Below, one piece after another: positions 14,139 to 25,500 of a stretch of DNA of 64,000 nucleotides. The stretch lies in NCBI RefSeq assembly GCF_021869535.1, contig NW_026262690.1:117738001-117802000 (forward strand), written 5' to 3'. Each line of letters begins with the position of its first letter. The first letter of the stretch is position 1. The notes beneath the pieces are model-generated. The model saw only the letters and a program-made list of their open reading frames with translations. It had not been told where the DNA came from and did not search any database. Both the position numbers and the translations under genes were made by a program. Origin of the DNA: Mytilus californianus (Eukaryota).

Positions 14139-14780
14139 ATAATAGTGGCCGTGTACAGATAAGCTAGTATACTACATGATCTTAAATTTGGCGAATGATT
14201 TTCTCATATCATGCATATGAATGGTCACATTTTGTCAAGGCGGGACTTTTAGTATGGGTTTTGTTCATTGTTAAAGGTTGTGCACTAACATGTTACCTAT
14301 AGTTGCTTACAGCCACCTCATTTGGTGCCTGGTGGATGGCAATTATACCGCATCTCCTTATTTTCATATAACTTATAAATAAACAAGAAAAATGCAGATA
14401 GTTAACTCTACTAATTTATTGAAGACACCATGCTAGCTACCACAACTAAGTTCTTACATTAAAGTAACCAATCTTTTTTTTCACAGGCCCATCCTTGCAA
14501 TAAATGGTACAGGCATCTAAAATATTTGTGGCCAACAGCAGGACGGCATGTTTTATAATCATAAATTACATTCTTTTTGTGAAAGAATAATATCAACAAA
14601 TGGAAACATTTATATTCTTTACATTTCAAGCCTTACTTTCAACAGTATGTTCATAAAAAGACAGCATAGCAGTGTAGGTTACTCAAGCGATGAAAATTTA
14701 CGGTGCTCCGGGCTACGAGAATATGCCGCTCAGCTAAACCACCACAAGAAAAGGAATTGTTAACCTAAAAAGTTATTTAC

Positions 14781-14830
14781 CTTGTGCAAAATTAAAATAT
14801 CGGGATGATATAACGACATCACGCTATGAA
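14781..14830 (-). other. Probable first (5' UTR) exon of the FRMD6-like gene
   Basis: Strong donor AAG|GTAAAT at 14781/14780. It splices to the acceptor ttttcag at 13256 upstream of the ATG. The TSS is not defined. Confidence 0.5.
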
Positions 14831-15591
14831 ATTGCCATTAAATGATCTAATGAGTTATTATTCAACAAAAATTCCGCACATTCCAATCTTCTTTGTGGAT
14901 TTACACCATTAGTAGGACACCTGTGCCTCGATTTCAAAACAAAAATAATCTCTAAAATGTAAAATAGATTAAATGAATATTTGTATATATTTACAGTATA
15001 CATAATAAACCAAATATCATCAACGCGCACTCGAATTATTTACTTTATTCATTATGTAAATATTAGTGTTTTGAGACTATACATCTCAAATCTCCCTAAT
15101 GACCCAAAAGCATGACCAGAAGGTACGATTTAATGGCTATAATATGACATATAAATATATAAGTGAAAACAACTGAGAAAAATGCAAGAACCAAAATAAA
15201 ATCATGAAGAAATGTTGAATATCCAAGTTAAAACGGGTTCATAGATTTACTCCAAAACACCCTAAAAGTTAAACACACCAAAAGAGAGAATGTCCAATAA
15301 AAAAACAGACAATATGTATATATTTATACATATACCATGACCATAAATAAAAACGATGAAAGACAAACAACAATAGCAAATATTACTTAGAAAACTTAAA
15401 ACTGAGCAAAACAAATCAAACCAAAAACCGGGAGTGAACTCAGGTTCTCTGGAAAGGTAAGAAGTTCCTGCTCCTCCTGTAGCACCCTGGGAGTCAGTAT
15501 AATGATGTGTTCCGGTAAGGTGACATGTCTTCCTGCGGACTGTTACCTTGTGAACTAGCATGTTAAAAATCCAGCTCAGCGAGTTGGTCTA

Positions 15592-16687
15592 CTGGGGCCT
15601 GTTCTATACTAAAATGATGTGCATGGCGATCTACCACAGAGCGAGGCGAGGCGAAAATGTTTGCCGAGCGTAATGAGGAGAAAAAATTTTTGGGACCATT
15701 TTATGCAGAAAATGATATTTTTTTTCAGTTTTTAGTCATAGGAGGGTTAAAAGAGGTGCTACATCGTGTACATTATAAGGACTTATAGACAATTCAGGCA
15801 AAACTATTCAGAATTCTTTTGAATAGAGTAAATCATGGTAAATTGAATACATAACCAACACATTTTTGTGAGACAAAATTTACTCAAAATTTTCCAAAAA
15901 TCTGCCCTTCAGGTCTTAGCAGAAACGAACTTCTCCATTACTTTGCCAACATTCACACTGAAATCCTGATGAATATGCATTAATGCTAGCGATGATAACC
16001 TATTGTTATTCATGGTTGATCGTACATATGTTTTCAACCAACGTAGTACACTGAACAATCTCTCCGCAGTAGCACTTGTTACCGGCATTGTCAACATAAT
16101 ACTCAAAATAGTATCTACAGAAGGATACAGCACTGGGCTTACCACATCAAGTGTCTCACACAGCGAAGTTGGCATCTGATCATCGAGCAACCTCCCTATT
16201 GAATTTGTCTAAATTACATGCCAGGTCAGTCTCATATGTCTCAAACAATGTTGCGATTTGTTCGTTGGTTATATTTCCTACAACAGGAGGAAGCAGGTAC
16301 TGCCCAAAGAAGCGATTTTCTGATGATATATCAAACGAGACTCCAGTTCCATAATCATGTGGTCTATGAACGCAAAATATAATGAAACTTTCCAATACTG
16401 TTTTGGCGTGTTTGCAGGGTGATTGGCTCTGATAGTCTGTCGACCACATCGCCTCGGCATTTTTTCAACGATATTGAAGGGTTCAGATAAATCTAATGCT
16501 GATTGGTACATCTCATTCCAAACCAAATGCTGTTATTTAATGACATTTCATCAATTAAAAAAGCGACAACATATTATATATATATGTATTTCCTTTAAAC
16601 ATTTTATTCATATTTTTTTTGCCCTTTTTTTTCAGCATGCCGATGTGCACTTAACTGCGTGTTGGTGTATACGGAGCTACACGCCTG
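15592..16687 (-). pseudogene. Internally deleted hAT DNA transposon with a frameshifted C-terminal transposase (hAT dimerization domain; ZMYM1/THAP12-like)
   Basis: ORF pieces 16526-16278, 16449-16180 and 16190-15909 give MPRRCGRQT..NHP...YW..SLYFAFIDH and PVTSATAERLFS.L..LKTYVRSTM..NRLSSLALMHIH. A hAT-type terminus CAGGCGTGTAGC starts at 16687; the other end is truncated. It is inserted in a SINE with gtcta duplicated on both sides. Confidence 0.85.
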
Positions 16688-16929
16688 GTCTAGTACAAAG
16701 CAGGGTTAATATTCATATTTCATTAACATGTTCCCATCCTAAATATGCATATCAATTTGCCACTGGACATTAAGCAGCCATCCATCATCCTCATCATATC
16801 AACTGGGAGATATATACTTCTTATGCAGGCGCTGCTAGAATGTTGTAACAAGAAATTGAAAGTTTATAATTGGAAAAACTGAAATAATCTCTTTTTCCAT
16901 AAAGTTTTTTATTTTTCTGAAGAAGAAAA

Positions 16930-17390
16930 ATGCATTTAAAATCTATTTATCTAGTTCCTGCAGGTGCACAATTTTGACTATTCAGAGTAAATTTAGCAGT
17001 GAAAAAATGGCCATATTTTAAAATTCCATTTGGTGAACCTTAAATATTGACTTTTAAATAATTTTTCACATTTTTGCCTATAATTTGGAAAAATATAATA
17101 GATATAAGTATAACCAGTGTAGACAGCAAAGATCATCAACAATACGATAACTACCATTGTCTGCAAAGAAGCCAAAATGAACCAAAAATTTTGGATGACT
17201 CCTTATTGGAGCCGTTGCCCTGAAATTACCATTTTCACTGTTTATTTTTTTGGTCTATAATCTGGAAAAGTAATGATAGATCATGTAGGTAGAAACTGTA
17301 GACAACAACAATGAGCTAGCAACACAAGATAAACAAAAATGGCCTATTATTACAAGGTGATCTATTCAGGCTCTTAGGAGTCTCTTGTTT
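16930..17390 (+). mobile_element. Degenerate Helentron/Helitron-type element related to 59340-60341
   Basis: Shares gactccttattggag monomer sequence and a degenerate 3' end caaggtga...caggctct..gag.ctctt. Confidence 0.5.
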
Positions 17391-17509
17391 ACTTTAAATA
17401 CTTGTACAATCGTGTATTGATATACATATTGTTAAGTAATATTTATATTTCAAACAATGCTTTTGCTTTTATTGTATTTTTGAAATTCATTATTTGGTAT
17501 CTGAAAGCA

Positions 17510-17600
17510 ACTGCTTTGATGTCTCTGTATGATAATTTTCCTTTGGTGTCTCTATGATAATTTTCCTTTGATGTCTCTGTATGATAATTTTCCTTTTCAA
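17510..17600. repeat. About 26-bp tandem repeat, 3 copies
   Basis: tttgatgtctct(g)tatgataattttcc x3. Confidence 0.85.
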
Positions 17601-18142
17601 GCTACATGACTGAGCGTGGATTTTCTCATTCCAGTAGAGTGAGAACATGATGGTGTCATAAAGCCAATGTCATTGAATATGACTAGGAAAATAATGATAA
17701 ACAAATTATCTATGGTCTTTCAACTCATGGAAGTTTCTCGGCTGGGTCCCATCTTGGTGTTATTGTCCTTGTCGAGATTTCTGCCAAGAAACCCTCTGGT
17801 TTATAAAGTCATAAATAATCTTTAATTTTAGTCTCTCATAAATTTGTATAGATTGGCTCTTGTATTTTGTGTGTTCATTATGTTATATACTCTTATTACT
17901 ACTAGGGGGTGTTTAACGACCTTGACTACCCATGAGGGTCTCGCACTGTTGATAACACCTATAAGTAAATGAAATGGCAAGTTTGTTGTTCTTGAGATGG
18001 TAACGAATTATAGAGGCAAAGACAAGGGCACTAGTTGGTTTTAAAATGTTATTTGCTATGAGATTTCTTTTTTGGCCAAAGCGGGGACTTTACCATTGCT
18101 TTATTAGGAGGTACCCATTTTGCATCAGTAACTTCTCCTTAA

Positions 18143-18849
18143 AGGGGCACTAGCTGTCAAATTCATGTTCACCGATTTCACTCAAATTCTCATATTTGAT
18201 TTATAACAATGTAAAACATTTATCCAAATTATATAAAAAGTCTAAAATAAACAATATTCCGGGCATGGGCTCGATAATATGGAGCTTCGTGATGTGTGTA
18301 TTTTAGTCTAGACGCCATCTAATTAACTGTCGAGTTGACCCCCGTCTTCCTCCGATTGCCATATAAGCGATATAAACATACATTTGTAAATAAAGATATA
18401 AATAGATAGCAGAATCGTGCATTTGGATTTTTCTATGTCTGTTTAATTTCATATTATAGATTAAAAATATATGTTAATCATCGTTTTTACCTGTATAAGA
18501 ATGATTTTTTGTGGATCGAATCAGTCAATCAAATGATTTACCTTTGTTTCACTTTCAATGTTGACATTTTTTCCTTTAAATAATTGAACACGCACAATGC
18601 ATGCGGTATCCATCTCTAGCCAAGGGGTTAAATTGAAGTTCACATGAATACGGATTCAATGAGGTCGAATTATTCACTTGCAAGTGAATAATTCATCCTC
18701 AATGTTTCATCTAAAGCTTATTTTGACAAAACTGAACCATACTGGCTGCTAAAAGCGATATATTATTTCACTATTTCACTTTCATTAACTAATGATTGAA
18801 CAAAAAAAATCATATTTTATATTTTTTATATATAGTAGCTAGTGCCCCT
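18143..18849 (+). mobile_element. Kolobok-type non-autonomous element / solo-LTDR-like unit (707 bp)
   Basis: TTAA|AGGGGCACTAGCT ... AGCTAGTGCCCCT|TTAA: 13-bp TIR, TTAA TSD, AG...CT termini. A second copy lies in reverse at 51434-52020. Confidence 0.85.
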
Positions 18850-19530
18850 TTAACCCTTTTAATAATTAAAACGTTCTCACAATCTTAACTTTATAATGCT
18901 ACTGTGCCCCTCCTATTTTGTTTTTTGATCAGAATCATTTCACCTTTTTCTTCAGCTTATCATGTACACACTAAGGTACACATTTATATCCCCTTTATCA
19001 TTTTATAGGCTTTGTTCACACTTCCTTCAGTTTTTGCTGTTTTAATCATCTGCAAACAAAAGATTTCACAAAATAAACATTTGGGCCTATTACAACATAC
19101 TATGCGGTATAGGTTTTGCTCATTGTTTAAGGCTGTATGGTGACCTATAGTTGTTAACTTCTATGTCATCTAGTCTCTGGTGGAGAGTTGTCTCATTGGC
19201 AATCATACCACATCTTCTTATTTTTATATTTCTTTGAAAACTTTAATGTCATAACAATGGAATGCAAGTATGTATGATGCTTCATGTCAGAAAACTAAGA
19301 TGTCCATCTTTTCTTTAAATAGAAAGTAAAGGAAAATTTCTATCGAAGAATGTTATTTTACCAATTTCCAGCAGACTTGATTGACCCTATCCAACATTCA
19401 GGATTCTCTTTTTAGTAATTGTAACAGGGTTCAGTTAATAGCTGTAAACATGGTAAATACAAAGTTACATTTTGTTCTATTATTTTACAGATGAACATTC
19501 AGACCAGGAAATACCTATTGCTGTAATAAA

Positions 19531-22500
19531 ATGGAGAGGAGTGAACATTCATTAGAAGACATACTGGCTCCCATCAACACTAATGACAAATTAGTTTTAG
19601 TGGATACATATAATTATAAGTATGAGGCGTCTATAGAATTTGCTTTAAAAAATCACTTACAAAAAAATTTGAAAAGTTCTTTTCTACTCACTTGAATAAA
19701 GAAATGAGAGTACAGGTTAAAGATGAATAATAGATGTAGTGTATACATCAATGAGATGGCAATACCACAACCAAAATAACCAAAAAACATCTACAGGGCA
19801 ACAAAGTCTTTAAAGACAGTGTAGAATGCATATTTTTAACTGACCCACATTATGTGTCATGAATTTTCTGGTTAATTAAGTCCTTTTTTACAGTATGGAT
19901 ATCTGTCTAATTTTTGACAGTTATATGGTGACCTACAGTACAGCTCAGGTAGATTTTGTCACTTCCACATGTCCAACTTGGGTGTCCAATACCAAGCCCT
20001 GCAACTTAAACCTTAAATATCATGATTTTGTGAAGATATCATATTGAATTGAAATTTCATACATGCAGTTTGTCTTTTTTAATTAGGCATCAGAGTTTTC
20101 CTGAACTGATAAAACGATTGGAAAAGTTGAATAGTCTGGTACTGAACAGTAACCCAGACCCTGACTGGATACCAAGCTTTATCAAGTGTGTGATCTCATG
20201 TTATTTACAGTGTACAGAATCTATAAAATTGTCAAGGTCTGTCTTCAAGGTATGTTATGATGCAGGATGTGTCCCACAGCTCTTGTTTCGTGTAATTATC
20301 TAGCCACCTCCCTCTCACATTCCAAAATTTCTTTTTTATTGAATATATCCAAAAGGAATTTTATTCTTAGAAAAAAAATTATGGAAAAAATAAATAGATA
20401 ATAGGTGAACACAAAATTAATATCAAATAACAGTCTTCGCAATCAACCACAGTCCCACCAGCCCAGGCTTGTAAAAATGCTGTTGGGCCAGTAAAAATCA
20501 TCTCTACAATCCAATAGAATCTAACTAAGATTTTCGTAAAATTAAACTTCGGGCCTGTAGATTTAAAAGTATATCGTGAAGACTGAAATAAACCTGGAAA
20601 TCACCAGTACAATGTACCTTCCATGCTAATTGCTATGATATTAAATCAAAGTTGAAACCCAACAATGTATCTTTGAAGCCCTCTTCACTCTACAATATAA
20701 AAATAAGAAGATTTGGTATGATTGCCAGTAAGACAGCTATCAACCAAAGACCAAAGGACAAGGATGTAAACAACTGCAGATCATACTTAATGGTCCTCAA
20801 CAATGAGCAAGAGTTCTATATACATAGTATGTAGTTTTTTGTAGATGAAATGCACCTCTGGCATACAAAATTTTAAGCCGGGCATCAATGTTTATATAGA
20901 GTATTTGATTTTTAATTTCAGCTTGCTCAAAAATGGTATGATTCCCATTCAAAGATTATAGAGAAAGAGTTTGATGGTTTCTTTTTCTGTTTAATGCAAG
21001 AAGGTGACAATGTCAAAAAACAGCTTATGACAGGTATGACTTAAACTCTCTAGTTAGTCTATTTTGTACCAATATTAATTTAGGGGTTTTTATATATGTA
21101 ATGGACAATTTGTCACAATTGGAGACAACTTCCCTAATAAATACCTCCAGTTTATCCTGCACTATTCATATTCAAATGGTTAGTTTTCATAATTTCTATC
21201 CACGTTGTTAATATTTTCAAGTAACAAAAATTACTTGGACATTAACCACAAGGCATCAAAATGAACTATGACATGAATTGTAATTTGAGTATTGCTAATT
21301 TCTGATAAAAGCAGGATACCAGAAGTTGATATTTTTACAATACAAATATTACATCAGTTTTTTGTAAAAAAGTTTGCATAGTAAAATGGTCTAATTTAAG
21401 ATGAAAAATAAAAAGATATTGGATAGATAAATATGAGGCAACATTTCAATTGTACATGTATAAAGAAAAAATATGCTAGAAAATGATGTTCTCTGTAGGA
21501 TATCTGAAGGCCGCTTATAAGGCCAAAATATATACTTGTTTCCTGTCTAATCAAAGAAAGGCCAGGTCAAATGCTTGTGACTTATGAGTGAGGTAATAAT
21601 GTCAAAAATGTTTCAGTGGAGATACAAAACGAAAAAGACAAAAGCAACTATTAAATATCAGATTTCAGCCTTTCAACAGGCATAGGTCAGTGTGAGGGTG
21701 AACCTGTTTATGAGCTCTCCATTTCTTTAATTTCATGTATTTTTCTTTCTTTTTGTGATATTTTCCTCAACTATTAACTATTTTTTACACAGTATCCAAC
21801 CTTCTCGAGAATAATGACTATGGAAGAATTTTTTTTGAGAAACATCACACAGAAGTCATAACATGGTTAGATAAAAGGCTGAAAAGGATACTTAAAACCA
21901 TCCCATTATCTGTCAAGGAGACAGAGGAGATTTATATATACTCAAGGGTATGAATTATTTTAGGAATATTTTGCAGGATTATAAATATTTTTAGAATTTT
22001 TAGTCCCATACCGACGAAGTTTGCACTCTGTCCGTCTGTCTGTCCGTCCGTCCGTCTGTCCATCCGTCAGTCCGGCAAAACAGTTTTCCAGACTTTTTTT
22101 CTTCATGCTTGAAGATATTGATTTGATATTTGGGGTAGTGTTTTATCATGGCAAGTTACAGGTCAAGTTCGATTTTCACGATTTTAGCTTTTCTCCTTGT
22201 TCAGTTAAAGCCCTTTCCCTAGAATTAAATTTTTGATGAAATACTTATTAATTACTAGATTTCTATTCCAAGGGAATTAACTCATTTTTTAACTTTCCCT
22301 AGAATTAAATTTATGATGAAATACTTATTAATTACTAGATTTCTTTTCAAAGGGAAATAACTCATTTTTTTTTTTTTTAAAGATTTGTAAAGACATTGTA
22401 TTAAGATAAATGACATTTTGGATTTTTTTCCTTTTCTTTAGTAAATTGTTTGAAGAATTTAGTGGTAGGTTTGCTCCATTACAATGAATTTTTAACCGGT

Positions 22501-25500
22501 AGGGGACTATGTACCATGCAATACTCACAGAATGCTTGTTGTTGTTGTTTTACATTTACATGAAATTAACCAAAATAAGTATTCAACCAAAATAAATTTC
22601 CGTTTCATGTTTCTTCAATTTTTTATTTCTGTGTTGCTTATTTTTTTCTATAATTTTAGATAAGCTAGAGTTATTTCCCTTTGAGATGTTAATTACATAT
22701 ACTTTTGACATTTCAAAGTTGTTTTTCAAATCTTTACAACATTGACAACATTGATACTTGCAATTTATAGTTGTTTGATCATACACTTCAATAACATATT
22801 TTACCTTTGCTTAAAAGTAATTTTATTGACCATAATAAAATTAAACAAAAAAGATACAGAAGATACTAAGGGAACATTTAAAACTTGTCAGTTCAAAAGA
22901 AACTGACAATTCCATGGGTAAAAAGAAAAAGACAATAAAAAGACAAACAAATGAACAAAATACTACATAGAAAACTAAAGACTGAGAAACTTGGACCCCC
23001 ATCAAAAACTCGTGTGATCTCAGGTGATCCAGAGGGGTATGCAGATCCTGCTCCACTAGTTCCACCCATCATGTTTCTTATGGTAAGTTTTTGAAGGAGC
23101 AACCAAAGGAAAACACCAGAATTTCCAGAGATCTTATTTTTTTTATTTTTTTTTATTTCAGATAGTATTACAGATGTATCAGTTTTGTTCTTCCACCTTT
23201 GCTGTACCAGTATTTGATGACAGAGCTAATGAAAAATCAGTGCAGTGTATACAACTTTTTCAACATCTTATCCAGGTTTTAGCAGAAGAGGTAAAGTCTG
23301 TCAACAAGTTTCTGTCTGAAATAGAAAATGTGCATTGTATATTTTATGTGCTAATTATTTTTGGATTTTTAATTCTTGTTTAGAATTTGATGTCTATTTA
23401 AATAAAATCTAGTCCAGGAAAAAAATGCACGAAGAAATATTCTTAATTTGGAGAGTATTTAAAAGTAAAGGATTTATGAAAAAGTTGTTTACTGAAAAAG
23501 AAACACAAATCTTACATTTTAGTGTACTAGTACTTTCTTCTTTTTGTTCTACATAATTGATATTTTTCATTTCAGTAATTTTTTTTGAATCATGTATTTA
23601 CATACATTTCTATTTGAAAATCCACAAAACATTTGACACAAAAGCAAACTTAAATTGATTACTCTCAGAATTTTTTTTTTTGGTAAATGCACACTGGAGC
23701 CAATGGAAGATGAAAAGGTTTTAACAGAAACAGTTTTTCAAATGGAATATTGGTATAATGCACTAATATATATTTCCTTTCAACAGAAATATGCTGCAGA
23801 TTGTCAATTTATATGTGGAACAGCTGTGAGCCTCTTATTGGAGAAACATGATGATGCAGACACTGGTAGAACTATATTCTGGAATATATACAGGAAGATT
23901 GGATTAGGTATATAAGACAGCCTGAATGGGGGTCATTCCTTTTTTTATTCTTTAATTTATTACACCATTTTTTCCTTTATTCTTTTTTAATTTTGCCCAT
24001 TGTTCTTCTTTCTTTATTCTTTTGTCTATTTTTATACGACCTCAAAAAAATTTTGTGGTCATATATTGGTATCACTTCGTCGTCTTAGTCGTCCAAAGAC
24101 AGTTGGTTTCCGGACAATAACTTTAGTATAATTAAATAGAAATGTATGAAATTTAAACACAAGGTTTATAACCACAAAAAAAAGGTTGGGATTGATTTTG
24201 GGGGTTATGGTCCTAACAGTATAGGAATTAGGGACCAAAAAGGGGCCCGAATAAGCATTTTTCTAGTTTCCAGATAATAACTTGTGGAATGGTGTATGGA
24301 TCTCTCTGAAATTATACCACAAGTTTCCATACCACAAAGGGATGGTTAGGATTTGCTTTTGGGGGGTTATGGCTCAAACCTTTTAGGAATTAGGTGCAAA
24401 AAAGGGGGAAAAACAAGGGTGTCCTGGTTAATGGACAAAAACTTTAGTACAAAACATAAATTAAAGCAGTGTAAGGGAGGTAATTCAAACACATCATTTG
24501 AATAACGTCCCTTACACTGCTTTTAAATTATGTATAAAGAAATGGTTAATGGACAATTTAAAAGCAGTGTAAGGGAGGTAATCCAAACACAACATTTTGA
24601 TTACCTCCCTTACACTGCTTTGAAATTATGTATAAAGAAATGCATATTTATAAGGGAAGACCAGTAAAAATATCTGCAAATGTTGCATATTTTTTTATAC
24701 AAAAAAATCCATATGAAAGATTGGATGACACCATATTTTAAATTCTATTATAAAATAGATTAAGTTAGCACTATGGTAAATTTAAATAGGTAATTATGGT
24801 TGCAAAACTCCATTGGAAATTTGAATTGAGATTATGACCATATCTTGAGGGAAAGAATTTTTTGGGGAGAAAAGGGGGGGGGGGGGGGGGGGGGGTAAAA
24901 AGAAATTGTGGGGGGTCAATTTTTTCTCATTTCAGATTTCAGAAATTTAGAAGAAAAATTCTTCAAATACTTTTTTTTTTTGGCAAAAAAAAACGGGGGG
25001 GGGGGGGGGGGGTCAATTCGCCAACAGCAAAGTGTATGTAGTGTAAAAGCAAAAAGTTGAATATAAATTCAAATTATATAACCAATTCTAAGTTCTTTGA
25101 CTACAGTTATTCTGTGTCAGAAACCTATTATGTGTCAAATATTTAATTACATTCCAAATTCAGACCTGTTTAAGCGCGAATATTGTGTCCATTTTTGCTG
25201 CAACTGTTCAGGGTTGGACCTCTGTGGTCGTATCCAGCTGTGCTCGGAGAAGCAATTTATTTTCTCTATTCTGTATTTTTTTTGCCCTTTATTTTGGACT
25301 TTTTACCCATTATTATCTATTTTGTAACCCCCTTCAAGACCATCATATATTGTAGATGTATCAAAAGGTTATAGTTGGGTTGCACACTTTTGGCAATTTA
25401 TTCAGATATATTAAAGTACAACTCGCCTCTGTCATAATGGCTTCTTCCAAACATACACACATTTCTGTAATAATCGAGAAGTTGGAATATATGGATGAAT

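Noticed and set aside
17600-18120. Slightly GC-richer stretch that might be a decayed retroelement coding fragment
   Set aside because: No recognisable RT, endonuclease or transposase motif in any frame by eye.
22841-23102. ORFs reading GGTSGAGSAYPSGSPEIT (also 15262-15561)
   Set aside because: Translations of a high-copy interspersed repeat, not host genes.
24873-25012. Long poly-G runs (possible G-quadruplex)
   Set aside because: Simple homopolymers inside a repeat element; length unreliable and not informative.
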